A DNA stretch of 64,000 bases from Lama guanicoe (lineage: Eukaryota), in assembly GCA_013239625.1 (NCBI GenBank), contig MU054001.1, positions 124,001 through 188,000 of the forward strand, given 5' to 3'. The position numbers and the translations under genes were made by a program. Below the pieces are notes generated by a model. It was not told the origin of the DNA. It saw nothing but the letters and a program-made list of their open reading frames with translations, and ran no database searches. Shown piece after piece: positions 14,494 to 25,500 of this stretch (positions are counted from its first letter, which is position 1; the number at the start of each line of letters is the position of its first letter).

Positions 14494-14633
14494 CTCCTCC
14501 AACCAGCTATTGGGTGGGTCAGCTTTTCAGGACAGCATGCTGTTGAAATGGCCGCAAAGGGCCATGCCAGTAATAAAGTGAATGCAATCAATAGGACACG
14601 AATTGGAAGCAGGATAATTCCAAGGAAGAAAAT
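14494..14633 (-). CDS. LPCAT2: LPCAT2 exon 2 (transmembrane segment)
   Basis: TAG acceptor; IFFLGIILLPIRVLLIAFTLLLAWPFAAISTACCPEKLTHPIAGWRR; GAG|GTAAGA donor. Confidence 0.96.
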
Positions 14634-17380
14634 CTAGAAGTAAAAGTTGATTAAAAAAAAAAACAGATGACATTATTTGAATGCTGTAGTTATCAAACAG
14701 AAACTTGTAAGAGGAAATTTTAAGCTGCTCATGCCTTCACTCCAAGATGAACTGCATGTTACCCTGCACCAGACAAGGATCCAAGTACAAAGAAAAATAC
14801 AAAGTTATATCTGACCTCACAAAGCCTGCTATGTGGCAAAAGAAACAGGGAAGAAAACCAAATACTTTAAGACTATTTGAAAAATGAAAACAAAAGAATA
14901 TGATCAAACACTCGACAAAGGTGAATTTATAAAGATGTTCTAAGTGTTGTTTATGATGCTGAAAAGCTGGAAACAATCTAATTAGACAGCCAGAGGTAAA
15001 TAAGATACATCCCTGCAATGGAACACTAAGTAGCTATTAAACGTGGAGAGATAGGTCTAAAAAAAAAAAAAGAAAAGAAAAAGACTACTTGATCTGTATA
15101 TTAATGAATGTGAACAGAGGCCACTGAGGGAACAAGTAAAAGGTGTGTCTGACTCAGCAGTCAGGGAGGCTTCCTGGAGGAGTCGAAGCTGAAACGTCCT
15201 GCTTTCAGAAGCAAGCAGAAGCTAGCAAGGTAAGAAGGGGAGACAGCTTTTTGAGAGTCCTAAGTAGGATGAATATTAATAAAGGCATTAGGGCATGAAA
15301 AAGTAAATGTATTATTTTATATAGCTGCCAGCCCTTTATAATTAATAATAAGGAGATGGGGGAGGAAATATAAAATAAATAATGAACTAAACCAGGAAGA
15401 ATAGCAAATAATACGTGCTTACTGTGTACCAGACACTATAAGCACTTGGCACGTAGGAACTTATCTGAGTCTTACAACCTTAAGCTGTTTTACATACAAG
15501 AAAGGCACCGAGGGAATCAAGTCAGACTGCTTAAGATCACACAGTTAGTACGTGGCAGAACCAGAATTTGCACCACATTTGGTTACAAAGCTCTTGTTCT
15601 TAATGCTATCCTATAATATTTTTTAAGTGAAATAAACTACCCACGTCTCTCTTTTTTTTTGCCAATTACACTACTCAAACAGTGCTTCCCTTCTTCTCTC
15701 TACTGGCCTTTAATGTGAATCTGAGCATCATTAAATAACTTGCGAGAAATGCCAAAAACGTTCTAGTTATCAGATCTCAGTCAAATTACTTGTGTGCGAG
15801 TGTGTTTGAAGTAAAAATTATATACAAGGAAATGTACAGATCTTAAGTGTATAATTCAGTGAGCTTTGATAAATGTATACTCTTGTAACCATCATTCCAA
15901 TCAAGATGCAGAACACATCCGCCACCCAGAAAGTCACCCCGTACCTCTTCCAGTCAGTTCCTACCCTCTTAGGCAACCAATGCTGGATGTCTATCACCAT
16001 AGATTAGTTCTGCATGTTTCTGAGTGTCATATAAATGGAATCGCACATCATGCATTCTTGTGTGTAGCACTTCTCCCACTTAACACAATATTTTTGAAAT
16101 TCAACTATGTTGCTTTCAGTATCAGTTAAGTCATTCTTTCTGACTACAGAGTATTATCCCACTATATGACCATATGATAATTTGTTTATTCTCCTGTTGA
16201 TGAACATTTGGGCTGTTTCCACTTGTGGGCTATTACGAATAAAGCCACTACAGACATTCCTATATAAGCCTTTTTGGGGATAGTTGCTTTCATTTCTCAT
16301 AGGTAAATACCCAGGAGTGAAATTGCTGGGTCAAAGATGTGGTTTAACTTTTTAAGAAACTGCCAAATAGTTTTCCAAATTGGTTGTATCAGTTTAAAGT
16401 GTGACTGGCAGTGCATGAGAATTTTAGTCACTGTACATCCTTGCTGACATTTGGTGTTTGTAATCTTTTTTAAAAAATCAACTTTATTAAGGTATAATTT
16501 ACATAAAATAAAATATACCTATTTTAAGTAGAGATAAGTTTTTTTCAAATGTACAACCCTATTCAGACACCACCATAATCAAGATGTAGATCATTTCCAT
16601 CACCCAAAAAAGTTCCCTTGTGCATCTTTGCAGTTAATACATCCTCAGTGTAAAGCAACCACTGACGGTCTTTCTTTCACTATAGTTTTTGCCTGTTTTA
16701 TATTTACATATAAATGAAATTACATAGTATGTACTCTTTTATGGCTGGCTTCTTTAACTTCATATTTTTGAGACTCAACCAGGTTGTCATATATATCAGC
16801 AGTGTGGTTCTTTTCACCTGCAGAGTAATACTCCATTGTATGAATATATCACAATTAATCTACCCATTTATCTGTTCAGGGACATTTAGCCTATTATGTG
16901 TTTAGCTATCATGAGTAAACACTACTGTTCAAGTCTCTGTGTGGACATACATGTTCATTTCATGAAGAGTGATCCTGTTGGAACAGGATATGCTTAAAGA
17001 ATCTGCCAAACTGTTTCCAAAAGTGGTTGTGTCATTTCATATCTCCACCAACAAAGTACTATAGTTCTTGTTGCTTCGCATCTTCATCAATATTCAGCGT
17101 TGTCCGTCTTTGTAGCCATTGTACTGGGTGTAAAATGATACCTCATTGTGGTTTTAATTCATGCTTCCTTGATGAACAATGATGTTGAGCACCATTTTTC
17201 ATGTGCTTTTTGACCATCTCTTGAACCTGTCTATTCATGTCTTTGGCCCATTTTTACTGGTTTGTTAGTCCTTTTCTTATCAATTTGTAGGCGTTTTTTA
17301 TATGTTATGTATATAGGTCCTTTGTCAATATATGTACTGAAAATATTTTCTCCCATTCCACGGCTTGCCTTTTCATTTTC

Positions 17381-17613
17381 TTTTTTTTTTTAACATTTTT
17401 TATTGATTTATAATCATTTTACAATGTTGTGTCAAATTTCAGTGTAGAGCACAATTTTTCAGTTATACATGAATGTATATATAATTCATTGTCACTTTTT
17501 TTCTCCATGAGCTACCATAAGATCTTGTATATATTTCCCTGTGCTATACAGTATAATCTTGTTTATCTAGTCTACATTTTGAAATCCCAGTCTGTCCCTT
17601 CCCACCCCCTGCC
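17381..17613 (-). mobile_element. Younger truncated L1 nested in the old L1
   Basis: Poly-T head; perfect TSD GCCTTTTCATTTTC at 17367-17380 and 17614-17627. Confidence 0.85.
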
Positions 17614-18003
17614 GCCTTTTCATTTTCTTAATGGTATCTTTTGATAAGAAGGATTACAATTCTGATGAAGATGAATTTATCAATTTTTATTTTCTGTTTA
17701 GTTCTTTTCTGTGTCCTTTCTAAGCAAACTTCACCTATCTCAAGATCATGAAGATATTTTATATTTTCTTGTTCTTCTAGAAGATGTATGGGTTTTGCTA
17801 TTACGTTTCAGTCTATGATCCATCTTAAATGATTTTCTTTGTGTGGTGTGCAGCAGGGATCAAGGCTCATTTTTATCCATAAATATATCTAGTTGTTCCA
17901 GCATCATTTGTTGAAAAAACTTGACATTCCCCAATAAATTTTCTTGGCAACTTTGTCAAAAATCAATTGAATATAAATGTATGGGCTCTCTATTCTGTTC
18001 TGC

Positions 18004-18093
18004 TGATCTATTCATCTGTCCTTTTGCCAATACTCGACCGACTCAATTTGATCTATTCATCTGTCCTTCTGTCAATACTCCACTGACTCAATT
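18004..18093. repeat. 45-bp tandem duplication inside L1
   Basis: TGATCTATTCATCTGTCCTT...GACTCAATT twice. Confidence 0.85.
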
Positions 18094-18802
18094 GCTGTAG
18101 CTTTGTAGTACTTGAAATCAAGTATATATCCTCAAACTTTTTGGGGGATAATTTAGATCCTTTTCATTTCCACATAAATTCCAAAAATAATCTGTCAGTT
18201 TCTACACAAACAAAAAAGCCTGTTGGGATTTTTAATGAGATTTCAATGAATCTATAGATCAATTTGGGAAGAACTATCATCTTAATAATATTGATTCTTC
18301 CAACTTATAAACATGGTATATCTCTTCATTTTATGTAAATCTGTGTTAATTTCTCACAACACTGTTTGTTGAACAACAGTGTTTGTGCATAGCCTGGGGC
18401 AAGTACGCAGACCTATACTTGTGGATAGCCTGCTAGATTCTCAGGAATATGAAAAAGCTTTACAAAGTCCACTATGGACATCTCATTTCCTAGCTTTGTC
18501 CTATAAGCTTTTTGGTTATTGTTTGCTCCAATCATTATTCATTGTCAAGGCAGCTGTGATGTTAAGCAGTCACCTCTGATTGTTTTTGACAAACACCCCT
18601 GGAGAAAAGACTATTTGCAGTGGGTGATCTCTAAGGTAGGGCAAATAAATACAACTTTGCAAATGACCAAGAAATAATCTTGACTGCAAGAAAGGACCAT
18701 GGGCATAGACCCTGGAGATAGAGCTGGAATGAGGTGAGAGCATATTTATATATGACTTACATTCACCAAACAAAACAAAACAAAAAAAGACTAACATGGT
18801 GT

Positions 18803-18912
18803 GGGGGTAGGGTATAGCTCAGTGGTAGAGTGCATGCTTAGCATACATGAAGTCCCACATTCAATCCCCAGTACCTCTGTTTAAAAATAACTAACTGACT
18901 AACTAACTAAAA
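18803..18912 (+). mobile_element. tRNA-derived SINE (same family)
   Basis: GGGTATAGCTCAGTGGTAGAGTGCATGCTTAGCA...TTCAATCCCCAGTACCTC, (ACTA)n tail. Confidence 0.85.
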
Positions 18913-19590
18913 GACATTCACAATGAGAAGCTAATATGGGTTTTAATTAAGCTGTCAAATATTGGGCAACTTTTTTTCCTGTGTCATTTCTAGGTTTGTG
19001 ACAAATAATAGCACTTAACTGTAAATCAATTTGAGTAATTATTTGACAAATTAAGAGGCTTAGCCATCCTATTTCCATTTGGTAATATGTCATCTCTGTA
19101 GGATGGCCTTCTTCCAACACTCTTATTAGAATTATTTTCCTCTCTGGATTTTCTTCATAGCACTTACTAAAACACAGATTTATATATTTCTGTACTTGCC
19201 TGCTTAACTTTTTCAGTGAAATATAAGATTTAGATAAGCAGGGTCCTTCTTCTTGTTCACTGCTATATCTTCAGAGATTAGCATTGTGCCTGGCACACAA
19301 ATAATTCTGGTATGGAAAAATGACTCTACAATTACAACCAAACACTCATTTCAATTGAGGAAATAAAATCCAAGCTAATTTTTCCCATGCAGACCCTTAA
19401 ATAGTCAAAAAAAGAGAAGGGGAGGAGTAAAGCTAAGCGCTATGATGAGATGCAAAAGGTGATAATACTCCTCAAGCAAGATGCTGATCATCATTTAAGA
19501 TTAAATTTAATCTGAATTAATTATAATGAGTCATACTTAAAAGAAAGTATATCAATCTTTCAAACTAGACAAAATAGACAATACTTAAAC

Positions 19591-20179
19591 AGAGATGGAA
19601 AGCCCCGTAAAAAGACAGGCAGGACCCCCAGGCAGGGCCACTACTCTCCTGCCAGTACCATCTGATTCCCTGGCCCAGAGGCTCTAGCTCACTCTTTGCC
19701 TCTGAAACGGCTTACTTACCCCTAAAATTCTATTGGTTTCCTGAGCTCACTTCTGATTGGTTATTTCCTTCCCTCCTGATTGGTTATTTCTCTCACTCCT
19801 GATTGGTCCATTTCCCTAACTTCTGATTGGCCCATTTGTAGTACTTCATTTGCATGGAGCTGACTCCTGATTGGTTATTTCTCTCCCTCCTGATTGGTCC
19901 ATTCCTACAAAGCTTGTTCCTAATTAGTCAACTTTCCTTATACCTCATTTGCATATGATGTTGCAAAGTGTAAACTGGCAGCCTATAGAATCCTGTGTAA
20001 ACCTACAGACAGGGTCCAGAGCTTAGAGTGTTAACTCCTCTGGCCCTGCTGGCATAATAAACCTGAATTCTCCAACTCCCCGAGTGCTGCTTGGTCTTTC
20101 GCCTGGATCCAGGTTGCTGTCACAACTGAGCTGTAATACCGGGCTATAACACTGAGTTGTAACATATTTTTCTGCAACA
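19591..20179 (+). repeat. ERV 5' LTR (589 bp)
   Basis: Aligns to 3' LTR; ends GCAACA; AATAAA at 20056-20061; first base is A instead of the canonical T of TG. Confidence 0.95.
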
Positions 20180-20183
20180 TTTC

Positions 20184-20201
20184 TAGAGGCCCCAGAGAGA
20201 T
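20184..20201 (+). other. Primer-binding site, tRNA-Thr-like
   Basis: TAGAGGCCCCAGAGAGAT vs TGGAGGCCCCAGCGAGAT (complement of the recalled tRNA-Thr(UGU) 3' end), 16/18. Confidence 0.7.
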
Positions 20202-21460
20202 TCCAATCACGCCTGCCCCTTGAGCTGCCAGGGCAGTGGCGCAACCGCCTGGAAGTTGGGAGCTCCGAAAGCAAAAGAGGAGGTGCACCACCCGACAGTA
20301 TTCCGGGTCATCCTTTGCGGAGGTGATTCAGTCCTGTGGTTGGGTGTGCCCCAACCAAACTCATTGTAGGGACGGACCAACTCACCAAGCAACACAGCCG
20401 AACAAGGTAGGAGCCCTGGGAAGTGTCCATATTTAGATTAGGGTAATCAGGTTGCGTCCAAGTGGACAGAAGAGGAGACTGATCACCTCCTCCAGGCTCC
20501 CCGCCTGACGGTAGTCCGGACGGGGAGATCTGGTTATGCTCCCTGTCTGACGGTAGTCCGGACGGGGAGATCAGGTTAGATTAGGGAAGCACTGGTGATA
20601 GGGAGGGGAATGTGCAAATTATTTCTGTGTGTTTGTGTGCAGCCTGAAAAGCATGTGATCAGGTTCGAGTTTGTAGCTCCACGGCATTCTGCTATGGAGT
20701 TTGAGTGAGTCCCAACCTGTGGTTCCGTGGTGACCTCAAGTGGCTCATGGCGGTATTGGCCCCTTGGGGTATCGATTGGAGTCAGCGGTTTATATTGACC
20801 AGCCAAAGCTAAGAGGCACCTTCCTCCCCACGAGGGGAGTAGCCAGGCAGATGCAGCAAAAACCCTCCCTTTGTCTCGTTTGCGACACCAGCACAGGGTG
20901 GCTACATGGGGAGGGAAAGGGACATAGAACAGCTTATGAGTAAATGACCCCTGTGCCCTTAGGGACTAAGATGAGACTACGTTAAAGAGTTTCAGACACG
21001 ACCTTGTCACCAGTCCTCTGGAATATCCTGTCACAATTAATAAATCAGCCTCAACATACTCCTGTGTCTAAAATTAAGACCACAAGACCTGAGCCACAGG
21101 GAGCCAACCCAGCACTGGCTGGAACTCTCTTTTGAGGTCCCCCTTATTTTGGTTCATTTAGTCTGCCACTGGCCAGCCATCCTGGCCTCATATTTTGTCA
21201 ATTCAGGCTATAAAAACTATTCAGGGACCTCTAGAGCTCATCCAGGCCTGAGGGAGTCTCAGGGTTACCTTCCTAACATGGAAACCCCAACTCATTGGCA
21301 GCACTTGCAGCCAAGCAGATAGATATTAGGCCCAGTGAGACAGCCAGCTTTTTGAGAACTCCACTGTTTTGAGGAGTGGTAATAAGATACTAGGGTCACA
21401 GTCCTCAGTGCCAGAAGCATATCCATACCTATAGGCCATAAAATCTGTCAACTAACAGTA

Positions 21461-22542
21461 ATGGGATCCTGAGAATCAAAGCTGGCAGTTCTGGACGGCA
21501 TGATTAAAAATTTCAAAAAGGGTTTCTCAGGAAACTATGGAATTAAATTGACACCAAAAAAAATTGCACATGTTGTGCGAGTCATTGTGGCCCACCTTTG
21601 GAGTGGGATGGCCCCCGGAAGGTACACTCGACCTGTCAGCTGTAGGGGCCATATACTGTATAATCACCATGCTCCCAGGGCACCATGACCAATTCCCGTA
21701 TATTGATTCTTAGCTAATGATTGCCCAAACCTTGCCCCGTGGGTCCGGGTCTACACAAATGGTCAAGGACCATATAAGATCCTCATGGTTCCGACATTAA
21801 AGATGGAAAAAGACACAATGAGGCCAGTTCTTCAGGGCAACTCTGAAAAACTGCCAATGCTACCCCTGTCAAATGTTCCTCCTGCTTCTGCGGCTCCACC
21901 ACAGCTGCCTCTACCAGACGGTCCACCACCGCCTGTACTGCCACAGTGGCCCCGGGCTCTGAGCCGGGGGCCAAGGGGTGGGAACTCTGTTCGGCCCTGC
22001 AGGCCGCTAAGCCAGCGGCCACCCTCCGGTTGCCTCTCCGGGAGACTCAAGAGCCCCAACAAGTTAACGATGATGACCCCGTACAGCCTGGCCACTCCAT
22101 CCTGTACTACAAGCCTTTCAATACAACGGATCTCCTGAACTGGTGACACCACACTCCGCCATATTTGGAAAAATCCCAGGCCATGATTGACCTCCTAGAG
22201 TCCATCTACCAGACCCACCAGCCGACTTGGGATGACATTCAATAGCTGCTCCTGACACTTTTCAGTACTAAAGAAAGAAAGCAGATCATAACAGAAACTA
22301 GAAAATGGCTACAAGAGCAGGCCCCAGAGGGAACCATGGATGTGGAGAAATCGGCCCGGAATGCAGCCCCAGACACAAGACCAGAATGGAACACTAACTC
22401 CCAAGCCGAACGGGAGGCTCTGCGGACATACTGGAGAGCCCCCTTACATGGGTTGCGAGCCGGGGCAAGGAAACCAACCAACATGTCTACGACCACCGTG
22501 CTGCAAAAGCCAGACAAGTCCCCCATGTACTACGGTGAGAGG
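21461..22542 (+). pseudogene. gag: ERV gag remnant (MA, proline-rich region, CA up to MHR)
   Basis: MGS*ESK...MIKNFKKGFSGNYGIKLTP, WPTFGVGWPPEGTLD, GHHDQFPYI, YYKPFNTTDLLNW, THQPTWDD, GARKPTNM; stops and frameshifts. Confidence 0.9.
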
Positions 22543-23820
22543 CAATTTGGGAGCCCACAGACATGTCAAATATCCACTATAAAGGATGTCATAAAAGGAA
22601 ATGACCCCATAAACAGAAGAAACCAACTAGCAGATCAGGCTATGCACAAAGTGGCAAGGGAGTCGGGCCATCCCAAAGGTTCGACCAGCACCCAAACTGC
22701 TGCCAACATCTCCAGCATACAGCTACGAGGAAAACTCATGGGCAAAAACTAAAGGAGGGTCCAGAGGAAAGGAAGGATGGCGGGTGATGCCTGACAAATG
22801 GATATATATACCTGAATGATTAGCCCACCAGGTGGTCCTTCAGCAACATGAGCTCGCCCACCTGGGAAAGACTGCCCCAGAGGCCCTGCTGGAGCAGTAC
22901 TGTCTGATCCCTCAACTTCCATCCCTCTGTGCCGCAGTCTCAGAGCGCTGCCTCATATGTGCTCAGAATAATGCACAGTGGGGGTCAGCTGGACCAAGAG
23001 AAATCCAGTGCTGTGGCCAGGCTCCTTTTAAAGATATGGAGATGGGTTTTGCAGAAATGGGGCCCAGCAGAGGATACAACTACTTGCTGGTTTTTATCTG
23101 CACCTTTTCAGGATGGGTAGAAGCATACCCAAGGCAGACTGAGGAAACAAAGAGAAGTAACAAAGGCCTTACTCAGAGACATCATTCCCAGATTCGGGAT
23201 GCCATTAACCATAGGGTCAGACAATGGACCTGCATTCATGATGGAAATAGTACAAGAAGTGGCAAAAACACTAAACATCTGCTGGAATCTACATGAGGCC
23301 TATGGGCCCCAGAGATCAGGAAGGGTAGAGAGCATGGGCTGGACCCTAAAAAAGGATATGATAAAGCTTGGTCAAGAAACTCAACTACCTTGGACTGACA
23401 CTGCCCCTGGCTCTCTGGTGGGTACTCTATGCCCCTTGGTCCAAGACGGGATTCTCCCCTTTTGAAATCTTATAGGGGAAACTCCCTCCCCTGATGTTAC
23501 TAGGAGAAAAAGTTAGAGAGGTGGGAAGCTTAGAACTTCACAAGCAAATGCAGGGTCTCGAAAAAACTATGCAGAAAGTCCATAGGTGGGTAACTGACAG
23601 GATCCCAGTCTCACTGGGAACAATGTTACACCCATATGAGCCAGGAGATTAAGTCGGGGTAAAAGATTGGAAAAAGGAGCCCCTTGAACCTACTTTGAGG
23701 GGACCCTACCCAGTTATACTAACCATCCCAACAGCTCTTAAAGTTGAGGTATCGCCCCGTGGATTCATCACACCAGAGTAAAGAGAGAAGCACCACCGCG
23801 AGACGAGGACGTCTGGTGAA
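22539..23820 (+). pseudogene. pol: ERV pol remnant: RNase H C-terminus plus integrase
   Basis: AIWEP...GNDPINRRNQLADQA; HELAH...CLIC (HHCC); TFSGWVEAYP; GSDNGPAF; SGRVE; GPYPVILT; frameshifted. Confidence 0.9.
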
Positions 23821-24158
23821 TCAACCAGGACCTCGAGGAACCACCTGAAATCGGGGCCAGAGACTCCCACCTCACCTGCCAGAGAGCATCGAGCCTTGCT
23901 CTAGCCACACCCGGAAGCTGGCTAGTCAATGCACAGCGGAAGCCTGAGGAGCCACCAATCAAGACGTAAAATGAACTGCTGCCCTTGCTTTATTAATGAG
24001 TATTGTTACTATATTGCTAGCTGTAGGACTGACAGCCACTGCACCCCAGGATTGGAACATAGGTCAGAAACTAATACTAGCTGTACTCTCTCTACAATAG
24101 AAAGCCTAATGGTCAGTCAGTGTCTGCTAATAGAAACCATCCCTCCCTGTTAGAAAAA

Positions 24159-25440
24159 ATGAAACCCCAAACCCTTCTTCTGCTTGTAAAAGTAGTTGTT
24201 GACATATCTCTTTCAATGACGGGGGTTCCAATGGGACCCATTTCGCCAAGTTGCATTTGGCAAGGACTTCCCCAGAAAAAATCCCCGGCCCCCACGCTCA
24301 GGGCCCTTCTATAGACCTAGTAAGGATTGGGAAAAGAAAAATAGACCTAGGTCCACGCCCTATAACCAGGACCCCCAGTTAAGTCCCTTATTAAGCAAGG
24401 TCCATCACCTTCTTGATGCTGCTAACCCACAACTAGCAAGTGATTGCTGGCTCTGCCTGTGTCCCGGCCCCCTCCAGCATGCAGCCAGCCCGATAGGTCT
24501 CTCAGATCTAAGCAAGTTTAATGGCTGTCCTGGGTAGTCCCCAGACTCCGCAGACGTAAGCCCCAAGTCAGTTAATGTACAGTTGGCCCATACAGCTCCC
24601 GACTGCATCTATAACTTGGGGACAGAACATTCTGTAGGAAATCTGGCCACTGCCCAGTGTGCCCAAACCCGTAACTGCACAACTGTTTATGGTTGTATGC
24701 CTGCCAAACTCATGCACACTGAGCCCAGGATGCAGGGCACATGCCTACCAGTGCCTGCCAGCCAGTTGGACAGGTACTTGCACATTGACCTTCCTTGCCC
24801 CTCAGATGGACATAATACCTAGTAACCAGAGCCTTCCTGTACCCCTGATGACCCACACTCAATCAAAAAGGGACATCCAGTTAACGCCACTACTCATTAA
24901 GCTAGGAATAGCAACTGGAGTGGGCACACATACAGGAGGAATAGCCTCATCATCCTACAATTACCAGCAGTTATCTGCTGAGGTCATCGAAGATTTAAAG
25001 CAAGTGGCTGAGTCCTTAAGGACTCTACAAAACTAGCTGGACTCCCTAGCAGCAGTAGTCCTACAGAACAGGAGGGGTTTAGACTTGCTCACCGGCGAAA
25101 AGGGGGGATTCTGTCTCTTCCTAAATGAGGAATGCCATTTCTATGTAAATCAATCAGGAATTGTCAGAAATATGGCCCAATAACTACGAGATCGAGCTGA
25201 ACGCAGAAACCAGGAATTAGAAAAATTCCTGGGCACAATGGAATAACCTCTGGAGTTGGGCCTCCTGGCCCCTCCCTCTAGCAGGCCCCCTCCTTAAGAT
25301 CCTTCTAGCACTGCTGTTTGGTCCCTGCATCCTTAATCTCATTACCTGTTTCATTAGCTCACGAATAGTCACTAAGGCTACAGCTACTAGTTACTCAGTA
25401 CAGGCCCCTGGACCAGGAAGAGCCCAATGATGAATAAGGA
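24159..25440 (+). pseudogene. env: ERV env remnant (gamma-type SU-TM)
   Basis: Signal-like MKPQTLLLL; NPQLASDCWLC (C at 24445); decayed cleavage site [42 protein letters not shown] anchor; several stops; ends approximate. Confidence 0.88.
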
Positions 25441-25500
25441 GCACCACTCTAAAGGTTGATGCTAACTACAGATGTTAACGAGAGCATCAGAAGGGGGGAA

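Larger units (their letters stand above)
15800..18700 (-). mobile_element. Cluster of old L1 (L1M-type) fragments
   Basis: T-rich L1 ORF2/3'UTR-like sequence (AATTGCTGGGTC, AAACTGCCAAA...TTCCAA, CTCATTGTGGTTTTAATT); two 3' ends at ~15810 and ~16470; boundaries approximate. Confidence 0.8.

Noticed and set aside
19728..19910. CRISPR-like repeat-spacer array
   Set aside because: Eukaryotic LTR U3 enhancer repeats without unique spacers; no cas genes
24159..25440. env as a domesticated syncytin-like gene at this locus
   Set aside because: Several stops (e.g. 24538, 25034, 25181) and frameshifts; furin site decayed to QSKR; CX6CC lacks its last Cys
20184..25440. APOBEC3 G-to-A hypermutation of the provirus
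   Set aside because: Only a few possible TGG-to-stop changes; many Trp codons intact and other stops look like C-to-T decay
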